Origin: Candidatus Melainabacteria bacterium 17Bon1m | GTDB lineage: Bacteria > Cyanobacteriota > Vampirovibrionia > Obscuribacterales > Obscuribacteraceae | Length of the DNA stretch: 64,000 bases | NCBI GenBank assembly: GCA_032128875.1 | Contig: JAVLKG010000002.1 | Coordinates: 416,001 to 480,000, forward strand | Direction of reading: 5' to 3' | Part shown: positions 56,207 through 64,000 of the stretch, piece after piece | Layout of the letters: each line of letters begins with the position of its first letter | Numbering within the stretch: position 1 is the stretch's first letter | The notes under the pieces: generated by a model | What the model was told of the DNA's origin: nothing | What the model saw: the letters and a program-made list of their open reading frames with translations, nothing else | Databases searched by the model: none | Translations under genes and position numbers: made by a program

Positions 56207-56965
56207 CTAACCTTTGTAATTGAATTTTTCAGGCTTTTCAAAAAACGAAGCTGCCAGCTCGCGCATTTTGTCCATTCGCGTTTGCAAAAGGTTGGTAAAT
56301 GCCAGACTCTCTTCCTCGGATATGCCTTTCGGTATATCTATTGGATGTCCGTATATGTGCACCATCGGAGTGCACCACCAGGGAGCCATGAAGTTGTCCC
56401 ATGAATCCATCCAGTAATTTTTGCGCGTGTGTGTGACGAAAGGAATGATCGGCAGCCCTGTAATTTCAGCCAAACGCACTAGTCCAGGTTTTACTTCATA
56501 ACGTGGACCGCGCGGGCCATCTACCATCATTGCCAGCCTGCTGTTTGCTTTTGCTGCTGACTTCATCTCGAGGGCTCCACGAACCCCGCCGTGAGCCGGC
56601 GAACCCCTGGCGGTAGAAAAACCTATCTCTTTAAGAGCGCGGGCAATTATCTCGCCGTCTCGGCTATTGCTAATCAGGATGGTCAAGTTGTTGTTCGGAC
56701 GCAAACTCGGCAGTCCAACCATACGCCCGTGATAGATAGCAAAAATGGCCGGCTTTGATTGGTCTTCGACTTGGCCATCTACCGAACCATTCTCAATCCA
56801 GAGATTGTCAAGGTAGGGTCGGGTCTCGGGCGGATAAAAAGATGTATTTGGATAAGTAGAAGTTGAGAAAAGAGTGCCGGTTTTGCAGACGCCAACCAGG
56901 ACAGATCGCCTGAATCCGTCCAACAGTGGGTACTTTAGAAAGATGTCCCGGAGCCGAATCTTCAA
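56207..56965 (-). CDS. DUF374 / lysophospholipid acyltransferase-family protein
   Basis: YHGR, LISNSRDGEII, RGS...GG..A, DGPRGP...KPG...LA..TG.PI.P. Confidence 0.85.
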   Translation of the reverse strand: MKIRLRDIFLKYPLLDGFRRSVLVGVCKTGTLFSTSTYPNTSFYPPETRPYLDNLWIENGSVDGQVEDQSKPAIFAIYHGRMVGLPSLRPNNNLTILISNSRDGEIIARALKEIGFSTARGSPAHGGVRGALEMKSAAKANSRLAMMVDGPRGPRYEVKPGLVRLAEITGLPIIPFVTHTRKNYWMDSWDNFMAPWWCTPMVHIYGHPIDIPKGISEEESLAFTNLLQTRMDKMRELAASFFEKPEKFNYKG

Positions 56966-57120
56966 AGTGCTGATTATATCCTGCTTAAGAAGAAGGCCTT
57001 AACGATACAAAAAAGGTCATAAAGTGCTCAAAAGCATGACTGGCGCATGCACTGTGATATTATCTACTACTGCCAAGAAATAGATCATAGGAAAAACACA
57101 AGAATAAGGGCGAACAGGCA

Positions 57121-57390
57121 ATGGCACTTGTAGCAGAACATAAAGTTGAAATCGTAGAATCACATCGCCGTTCAGGCAAAGACACCGGCTCGCCGGAAGT
57201 GCAAGTTGCACTTTTGACAGAGCGTATTAATCAATTGACCGACCATTTGAGAACTCATCCCAAGGATTTTCACAGCCGCCGCGGCCTCCTTATGATGGTA
57301 GGTAAGCGCAGAAGGCTTCTTCAGTACTTGAGTCGTGAAGCACACGATCGCTACAGAAGCCTGATCGAAAAGCTGGGATTGAGACGCTAA
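57121..57390 (+). CDS. rpsO: 30S ribosomal protein S15
   Basis: [29 protein letters not shown]. Confidence 0.98.
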   Translation: MALVAEHKVEIVESHRRSGKDTGSPEVQVALLTERINQLTDHLRTHPKDFHSRRGLLMMVGKRRRLLQYLSREAHDRYRSLIEKLGLRR

Positions 57391-57395
57391 GTTCT

Positions 57396-57428
57396 AAAAA
57401 GGCGAGCTTTAGGGCTCGCCCTTTTTTT
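57396..57428 (+). terminator. rpsO intrinsic terminator
   Basis: GGCGAGC/GCTCGCC stem followed by T7. Confidence 0.85.
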
Positions 57429-57669
57429 CGCTATGGATCTTTAATTACTGGAATCGGACAAAGATTCAATTAGAGGATCCGCAGAAGCACGGCATTTTTG
57501 ATCCCAGGCAATGACCGCATAGATTTGCAGTCTTTGTTCAGCCAAAAGCGAAAAGAGTAACTAGAAATCTCCGCCGAGTATTCGATCTGGCTTTTTAAGC
57601 CGGTCGAACTTTTGGCATTTAGAGCTTTATTTAGACGTAAAAACAGAAGAAGTAGAAGGAAAAGAAAAA

Positions 57670-59832
57670 ATGGATGTTCAGACACTTTCACCGGATGCAG
57701 TCAAATCGTTTGAAATTGAAATCGACGGCAAACAAATAGTCATAAAAACCGGTCGAATGGCAAGACAGGCCTCAGGTTCTGTAGAAATTTACTGCGGCGA
57801 CACGATGTTGCTGGTCACCGCTACAGAGAGCAAAAATGTGCGCGAAGGAATCGATTACTTCCCGCTTTTGGTCGACTACGAAGAAAAGCTCTATGCGGTC
57901 GGTCGCATTCCAGGCAGTTTTGGCCGTCGCGAAGGCAAGGCTCCGGACAAGGCAATTTTGATCAGCCGTCTTATCGACAGACCGATTCGCCCGCTTTTCC
58001 AAGAAGGCTATCGCAACGATGTTCAAATTGTCGCCACGGTGATGTCTGCCGATCAAGAGAATCCGACTGACACTTACGCAATGCTTGGCGCCTCTGTTGC
58101 ACTCGGTCTTGCCGGTCTGCCATTCAATGGACCGATTGGTGCTGTTCGTGTCGGCAGAGTAGAAGGCAAGCTAGTGGCTAACCCGACATATAGCCAGCTC
58201 GACGAATCGGACTTGGATCTGGTCGTTGCCGGAACCGAAAATTCAATCATGATGGTAGAAGCCGGTGCTAAGTTTGTCAGCGAAAAAGACGTCCTTGCCG
58301 CTATCGACTATGCTCACCAACATATCAAACGCCAGGTAGAAGCGCAGCACAAATTCTTGCGTCAGCTCGGCATAGAGAAAAAGCCGTTTGAAGCTCCTGC
58401 TGAAATTACAGCACTCAAAGATTTGATTCGCGAGAAAACAACCGAGTCATTGAAAGAGTCAATGCAAGGCGTCACTGAAAAGTCCGTAAGAAGCGCTCTT
58501 ATTGATGCTTCCAAAAAGGCTGTCGTCGAAGCAATCGCCGAACTTCCGGAAGACCATGAGCTAAAAACCGTATCCTCGGGCAAAATCGCCGAGTACTTAG
58601 AACTGTACGAAGCAGAATTGATGCGTGCTCAAGTACTTGATACAGGCAAGCGTGCCGACGGCAGACGCTGCGATGAAATTCGTCCTATCACAGTGGAAGC
58701 TGGCATATTGCCTCGCACTCACGGCACTGGACTTTTCACACGTGGAACAACGCAAGCTCTTTCGATTGCCACACTAGGTATCGCCGGTGATGCGCAAAGA
58801 TTGGATTCAATCGATCCGCAAACCGAAAAGAGATACATGCACCACTATAATTTCCCAGGCTTTTCTGTCGGTGAAGTTAAGCCGATGCGTGGACCAGGAA
58901 GAAGAGAAATCGGTCACGGCGCACTGGCTGAGCGCGCCATCATCCCGGCACTTCCTTCTCATGAAGACTTCCCTTACACATTGCGTGTAGTTTCTGAAGT
59001 AATTGAGTCCAATGGTTCGACCAGTATGGCTTCTACTTGTGGCTCTTCTCTGGCTCTCATGGATGCCGGCGTTCCGTTGAAAGAAACCATCGGCGGAATC
59101 GCGATGGGTCTAATTCTGGAAGGTGATCGCTTCGCGATTCTCTCGGACATTCAAGGTCTGGAAGATTTCCTTGGTGACATGGATTTCAAGGTCGCAGGCA
59201 GCAAAGAAGGCATTACTGCTCTGCAAATGGACATCAAGATTGAAGGCATCTCCCTGGACATCATGAGAGTTGCTCTCGATCAAGCTAAGCGCGGACGCAA
59301 TCACATCATCTCCAAAATGGAAGAAGTATTGCCGAAGGCGCGTGTCGAATTGTCCAAGTGGGCACCACGCATCATCACCATTCACATTCATCCTGAAGAT
59401 ATCGGCACGGTCATTGGACCCGGCGGCAAGATGATCCGTAAGATCATTGAGGAAACCGGTGCCACCATCGACATCGAAGATGACGGCACGGTTCTCATCG
59501 GCAGCGTAGAAGCTGCTGGTGGCGAAGCTGCTCGCGACAAGATTCTCAATCTCGTAAAGCGCATCGAAGTAGGTCAAATCTACTGCGGGCGAGTGACCAG
59601 AATCATCCCGATGGGCTGTTTCGTTGAGTTGCTTCCAGGCAAAGAAGGTATGGTGCACATCTCCCAACTTGAGAACCGTCGTGTTGAAAAGGTTGAAGAT
59701 GTAGTATCCATCGGTCAGCGCGTTATCGCCAAAGTAAGAGAAATTGACGACCGCAATCGCGTCAACCTGACAATCAAGGGTGTAAGCGAAGAAGAGCGCG
59801 CTGAATGCGAAGCTAAGAACCCGACAATCTAG
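57670..59832 (+). CDS. pnp: Polyribonucleotide nucleotidyltransferase
   Basis: RLIDRPIRPLF, RREIGHG, SNGSTSMAS, GDMDFKVAG, KH and S1 domains; follows rpsO. Confidence 0.98.
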   Translation: MDVQTLSPDAVKSFEIEIDGKQIVIKTGRMARQASGSVEIYCGDTMLLVTATESKNVREGIDYFPLLVDYEEKLYAVGRIPGSFGRREGKAPDKAILISRLIDRPIRPLFQEGYRNDVQIVATVMSADQENPTDTYAMLGASVALGLAGLPFNGPIGAVRVGRVEGKLVANPTYSQLDESDLDLVVAGTENSIMMVEAGAKFVSEKDVLAAIDYAHQHIKRQVEAQHKFLRQLGIEKKPFEAPAEITALKDLIREKTTESLKESMQGVTEKSVRSALIDASKKAVVEAIAELPEDHELKTVSSGKIAEYLELYEAELMRAQVLDTGKRADGRRCDEIRPITVEAGILPRTHGTGLFTRGTTQALSIATLGIAGDAQRLDSIDPQTEKRYMHHYNFPGFSVGEVKPMRGPGRREIGHGALAERAIIPALPSHEDFPYTLRVVSEVIESNGSTSMASTCGSSLALMDAGVPLKETIGGIAMGLILEGDRFAILSDIQGLEDFLGDMDFKVAGSKEGITALQMDIKIEGISLDIMRVALDQAKRGRNHIISKMEEVLPKARVELSKWAPRIITIHIHPEDIGTVIGPGGKMIRKIIEETGATIDIEDDGTVLIGSVEAAGGEAARDKILNLVKRIEVGQIYCGRVTRIIPMGCFVELLPGKEGMVHISQLENRRVEKVEDVVSIGQRVIAKVREIDDRNRVNLTIKGVSEEERAECEAKNPTI

Positions 59833-59864
59833 GGCTCGAAAGAACCCAAACACCAAAATAAAGA

Positions 59865-61022
59865 ATGGGGACTGACGTTTCTTACAGCCTACTGAAAGAT
59901 CCGGACGGTAAAGAGTTGCGGACTCTTCGTTCGCCGCCGATTCGTCAGCGGTTTAATCCGCTCAAGCCGAAAACGCTTGGGCGGATTTTTCGCCTCAGTC
60001 TTTCTGTCTTACTTCTTGTTTGCTTTCTGAGCGAATCGACCGTTGCGGTTCAAGCACGCTCCAGGCGAGCCGTTACTGGCCGCTCCAGGCATTCTGCCGG
60101 CGGATCATTTAGAACGGGCCGATTTGTAAGCAGCAGCAGATCCAAACGCTCGTCGAGATCCTCTCTTTCTCGATCATCTAGTCGAAAGGGTGGCAAAGCA
60201 CATCCTCTGTCCGCCAGGACGCCTTCGCATCACGGTCCGACAGCTGCACAAGTTAGGCGTCAGGAAACTTCCGGCTCTAACGATTTAGAGAAAAGAACAG
60301 ATCTCGAGCGTGCGTATCGAACATATGATCAAGGTTTGTCAGAGTGGCTGGCCGGAAACTACGGACAGGCCGCTAAGTATCTGAATGAATCCTATGATCT
60401 CTATAGCGATTTTCATGGCTCTCGTGATGTTCTAGATTCAATCTACCTTTATGATCTCGGCCAAGCGGCTGAGGCAGCCGGTGATATTTCGTTGGCAAAA
60501 AACAGTTATCAGCGTTCGTTACGCAGGCGTCCTGACTTTTGTGATTGCTGTATTCGTCTGACTGCCTTATTGACTAAGAACGGCGAGACCGCGCTGGCTC
60601 TTGTTTATGCACGTCGATTGGCGGACAAAAATCCTCAAGATCCTCGCTCACAATTCTTGCTTGCCACTATGCTCGACAAAGCTGGATTTACAGAAGAAGG
60701 AAAAATTGCTCGGTCAAACTTCAATTTATTGATGAAGGGTGGGACTTTGCCTAATTCAGCTACGTCATCTACTTCCTCTTCTTCAAGTGCCTCAACCTCA
60801 ACGCCGAAAAATCAAGAGGAGCAAAGCGTTACAGACTCTCCTTCCAGTAAATTTCAAGGTCCGGCATCCGAATCTACGAAGTCTGAGCAAGAAGAGAAAG
60901 TAGAAAAAGATGAGGGCGTAGTCGAAAGCGGTTCAGCTAAAAACTCAAATTCGTCCGGCAAAGAAAATGGAGCGACTGGCGGAGCTCTTAGAAAGCCGGA
61001 TTCCGAGAGCGAAGGCAAATAA
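59865..61022 (+). CDS. TPR-containing exported/membrane protein with Ser/Arg-rich and Ser/Glu-rich low-complexity regions
   Basis: Hydrophobic anchor LSLSVLLLVCFL; TPR-like helices (YLYDLGQAAEAAGD...YQRSL). Confidence 0.7.
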   Translation: MGTDVSYSLLKDPDGKELRTLRSPPIRQRFNPLKPKTLGRIFRLSLSVLLLVCFLSESTVAVQARSRRAVTGRSRHSAGGSFRTGRFVSSSRSKRSSRSSLSRSSSRKGGKAHPLSARTPSHHGPTAAQVRRQETSGSNDLEKRTDLERAYRTYDQGLSEWLAGNYGQAAKYLNESYDLYSDFHGSRDVLDSIYLYDLGQAAEAAGDISLAKNSYQRSLRRRPDFCDCCIRLTALLTKNGETALALVYARRLADKNPQDPRSQFLLATMLDKAGFTEEGKIARSNFNLLMKGGTLPNSATSSTSSSSSASTSTPKNQEEQSVTDSPSSKFQGPASESTKSEQEEKVEKDEGVVESGSAKNSNSSGKENGATGGALRKPDSESEGK

Positions 61023-61161
61023 ACAATCTCTTCTTGATTGCTTCTTTCTTTTGAATTTAAGTCGTGAAATTTTGATATGTCCGATCGAACTTCTCTTCAG
61101 TGATCCGACTGTCGTATTTTTACATATGCGTATCTCCTCATGAAAAGCCGGTTTCAGCAAG

Positions 61162-61189
61162 AAAAATGAGGGTGCTTGCGCACCCTCAT
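61162..61189 (-). terminator. hup terminator
   Basis: ATGAGGGTGC/GCACCCTCAT stem with U-run on the minus strand. Confidence 0.75.
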
Positions 61190-61219
61190 CAAAGTCTTTC
61201 AATTAAGATCTTTGAGATC

Positions 61220-61498
61220 TTATCTGTCTACTTTTTCTTTGAACTCTTTACCAGGAGCAAAGGCCGGTACTTTCTTCGCCGGTACTTTGATCTTTTCGCC
61301 CGGTTTTTGCGGGTTGTTGGTTTCGCGAGCGTTGCGGCTTCTGCGTTCAAATGTGCCGAAACCAACGAGGGTTACGCGATTTCCGCGAGCAACTTCTTCG
61401 GTTACAACATCGGTAAAGGCCGCCAAAAATTCTTCTACAGCTTTCTTTGTAGTCGTTGTGCGGGCGGCGATTTCTGCAGCGAGTTCTGCTTTGTTCAC
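61220..61498 (-). CDS. hup: DNA-binding protein HU
   Basis: MNKAEL...VTLVGFGTF...R..R..NPQ..GE.I.VPA..VPAF.PGK. Confidence 0.95.
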   Translation of the reverse strand: MNKAELAAEIAARTTTTKKAVEEFLAAFTDVVTEEVARGNRVTLVGFGTFERRSRNARETNNPQKPGEKIKVPAKKVPAFAPGKEFKEKVDR

Positions 61499-62107
61499 TG
61501 AGTCTCCTCCTGTGCCTATCCTGGGTCTACGAGCTAGTAATCAACTCTACGTAGAGGGCAAGAATACAGCACCTATCACCCTTAGACAAGATAGGCGCGC
61601 ATAAAATGTCGCACTTGATAAACGTTTTTGCCTTTTTGTTTTTTTTCTCGGATGTCGAGATGCACTTTCTAACCTACTTTTCGACATTCATTCGTGCAGT
61701 TGTAAGGAAAGTTTTTGCGCTATATAAGTATCTGTGATTTCTATTCTTGCTTCACGCGGTAGTCCGTAAGCGCTTGGTACGCAAGGGTTTTCAGGTTTAA
61801 TTCTCGGCGACTTTCAAAATGTTTTTTACTTCTGAAAGATAAAATCCGTTCGCCGCCCAGAAAAAAGCACACCAATTTCGATCTTTTTGTGGCAGGACTT
61901 TTTTTCGCTCAAAAAAATATTGCCGAAATGTTTCACTGGGCGGCAGATTCCGCAACATTAAGCTGCAAATTTCATGGAGCGTCTTTAAAAGAGGCATTTT
62001 TTACTGCAACTTCCGGCAAAAAGTTCGCTCAGGCTGCGTGAAATGCTAGCTAAAATGGGAACAACTATAATACTGATCATATAGCTGTTCATACTAGGAA
62101 ATCCAAT

Positions 62108-62497
62108 TTGGGACGAAGATCCGCAAGCTCAACTGCAGTCGATTCGCGCACGGCAGCCTTTGCCGCAGCAAACGCGGCTGAAGCTAAGAAGGGAAAGGGA
62201 ACTGTTGTACTTGATGTAAGACAGGTGACCGTTCTGGCGGAGTATTTTGTTATCACTGGAGGGGACTCACCAAGTCAAGTCAGGGCTATTGTTGAGGCGG
62301 TGGACGAAACGCTGGAACCCTTGGGATGTAAAGCTCTGGGGATTGAAGGCAAATCAGAGTCCAGATGGGTGCTTCTTGACTATGGCGACGTAATTGTCCA
62401 TGTGTTGCACGAAAAGGAAAGAGGGTATTACAAGCTAGAGCAGTTTTGGAATCAAGCTCTTATGGTTGATCGCTCGGAGTGGGAACAAGAAGAGTAA
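62108..62497 (+). CDS. rsfS: Ribosome silencing factor RsfS (Iojap)
   Basis: KKG...VVLDV...AEYFVI.G.S..QVRAI...WVLLDYGDVIVHV....R.YYKLE.FW. Confidence 0.95.
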   Translation: MGRRSASSTAVDSRTAAFAAANAAEAKKGKGTVVLDVRQVTVLAEYFVITGGDSPSQVRAIVEAVDETLEPLGCKALGIEGKSESRWVLLDYGDVIVHVLHEKERGYYKLEQFWNQALMVDRSEWEQEE

Positions 62498-62587
62498 GAA
62501 ACCACGAGCCGCACGGCTCAAAAACGACTGAAGTCCGATAGTTAAATGGTTTAGGCTGATTTAGTATCTTGGGGGTTGCGGTTACCT

Positions 62588-63745
62588 ATGAGTTTCAGGA
62601 CCAGATTACAAGGGTTTGTAGAAAACCGGCAAAAAATACAAATCTGGTACGGAATGGGCTGCCATAACACGGTGACCGGAAGAGTCCTTTCGGTTGACCA
62701 TGATCACATCGACGTCGAGTCGTACTCGCATGAAAGCGACGGGCAGATTCACATTCGCCGTATCCTCGTGCCGCTTCATCTCATTCTCCATATTGATATA
62801 ACCTCGGCAGAGATGGCTGAGGAAGAAGACAATTTTTCGTTGCCTGTAGAAAAGGAATCGAAACAAACAGCTGCTGCGCCGCAGATGTCAGTCATCGACT
62901 TGCCGGATGCGCCCAGAGGCTATGGCGTCAAAGTGCTGTCTCAGCTCAACGCTTCATATTCCAACCGCTTTTCACGCATGGCATCCGGTCCTGGAGGCGT
63001 TTATTTCGCATGCGACGGCAGTGTGTGGTTCGTCGACAACTCCGGCCAATTGACCGAGTACGCTCGCATTCGCGGCAACAGCACCATCTCAGGGTTGCGC
63101 TTTGATCGCAAAGGCGTTTTGTATGTAGCCACTATTCAAGGAACGGTATATCGGATCGACCCCAATAAGTCCGGACGTATTCTGGCTCAGTTGGACGGCA
63201 GTCTGACTGGCGGCGGAACCTTCCTTTCCGATTTGGCAATCGGAACGAGAGATGAGATATACGTTTCAAATTTCCCATCCAACACCGGCGGTATTTTCAA
63301 AATTGATCGTACCGGCGAATATGAAGTTCTTGTTGGTGGTCCAGGACATGGAACACAGGGGCTACTTCTGGATTCTGATGGCTTCTTGTGGTGCCTTGAG
63401 CACGCTACAGGTTCTGTCGTAAAACGCTCACTGGATGGTCGTGAAGTTGCGCGCATTCAAGTAGCTGAGCCGGAAAGCTTCAATTTCGCCGACGGATATG
63501 ACGGTAACTTGTCCATGGACAGCCTGGGCCGGATATACGTCACAGCCGGACGTGCAGGTTCGGTCTTCCGCGTAAATCGCGAAGGCAGAAGCGAAACTTT
63601 CCTCGTTGGGCTCGTCAATCCGACCGGTGTCGCATTCGGCGGAGACGGAGCACTCTTTGTTCTGGAAGCAGGAAGATCCAGAGTTCTCAGGGTTGCTGCT
63701 CTGGAAAAGGGTGATCGTGCCACCTCGGCGACGGCGCTCAGCTAA
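62588..63745 (+). CDS. SMP-30/NHL-like beta-propeller protein with a small N-terminal beta-barrel domain
   Basis: Repeating GL..D..G.LYV blades; separate ~70-aa N-terminal domain and acidic linker. Confidence 0.7.
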   Translation: MSFRTRLQGFVENRQKIQIWYGMGCHNTVTGRVLSVDHDHIDVESYSHESDGQIHIRRILVPLHLILHIDITSAEMAEEEDNFSLPVEKESKQTAAAPQMSVIDLPDAPRGYGVKVLSQLNASYSNRFSRMASGPGGVYFACDGSVWFVDNSGQLTEYARIRGNSTISGLRFDRKGVLYVATIQGTVYRIDPNKSGRILAQLDGSLTGGGTFLSDLAIGTRDEIYVSNFPSNTGGIFKIDRTGEYEVLVGGPGHGTQGLLLDSDGFLWCLEHATGSVVKRSLDGREVARIQVAEPESFNFADGYDGNLSMDSLGRIYVTAGRAGSVFRVNREGRSETFLVGLVNPTGVAFGGDGALFVLEAGRSRVLRVAALEKGDRATSATALS

Positions 63746-63767
63746 TTTGTCAGAGTTGTTTAGCAAT

Positions 63768-63800
63768 AACGGTCCAACGATAAGCGTTGGACCGTTTTCT
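63768..63800. terminator. Terminator between convergent genes
   Basis: AACGGTCCAACG/CGTTGGACCGTT 12-bp stem followed by T-rich tail. Confidence 0.8.
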
Positions 63801-63820
63801 TTAGCTATGATTTTTTCGCC

Positions 63821-64000
63821 CTATCGTCCGCTGGAGACCAAACCCTTGCCGGATTGTCCCTTGGCTGCAGGCTGGCTTGCTTTCTCTTCTTTGTACAGTC
63901 TCTCGATAATTGCCTTGTAGTTTTGAGCAACAACATTGCGCTTGATTTTCAATGTGGCTGTCAATTCGCCTGCTTCTACCGAAAGGTCGTTAGCCAGAAC
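63821..64000 (-). CDS. C-terminus of a long-chain fatty acid--CoA ligase (partial; not in the ORF track)
   Basis: Manual translation: VLANDLSVEAGELTATLKIKRNVVAQNYKAIIERLY...stop; matches the GELTPTLKxKR motif. Confidence 0.8.
   Translation of the reverse strand, partial: VLANDLSVEAGELTATLKIKRNVVAQNYKAIIERLYKEEKASQPAAKGQSGKGLVSSGR

Noticed and set aside
61499-62107. Long AT-rich intergenic region as oriC, or a hidden gene (61797-61997)
   Set aside because: No DnaA-box cluster seen; the 66-aa ORF looks non-coding; divergent hup/rsfS promoters suffice

Overview
Gene-dense bacterial chromosomal window of roughly balanced GC, with no IS, prophage, rRNA or CRISPR array visible. Gene style (cyanobacteria-like ferredoxin and translation genes, no photosynthesis genes, many MshEN/DUF4388 and low-complexity proteins) suggests a non-photosynthetic cyanobacterial relative (Vampirovibrionia/Melainabacteria, possibly Obscuribacterales); this is inference. 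Most of the window is housekeeping: pepA, acyl-CoA carboxylase beta, mgtE, RpoD-type sigma, trpS, MATE, ThDP keto-acid decarboxylase, acpS, folK, tatC, infC-rpmI-rplT, tRNA-Leu(CAG), rpsF-ssb-rpsR, xerD, AsmA, rpsO-pnp, HU, rsfS. The most unusual locus is a divergent ECF sigma lacking the DAED motif, paired with a 1762-aa soluble protein: zinc-binding anti-sigma domain, ~1,500-aa disordered spacer zoned into WG, RWDxPIQ and PFG repeats, and a C-terminal Roadblock/LC7 domain, near a DUF4388+MshEN protein. Also notable: an orphan MazF followed by a synonymously diverged copy of its own 3' end and a consensus-promoter structured RNA; three apparent pseudo-proteases; a RacA/MerR-HTH zinc-ribbon protein behind xerD; and several candidate structured RNAs. 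All family calls are by eye from motifs, not database searches.
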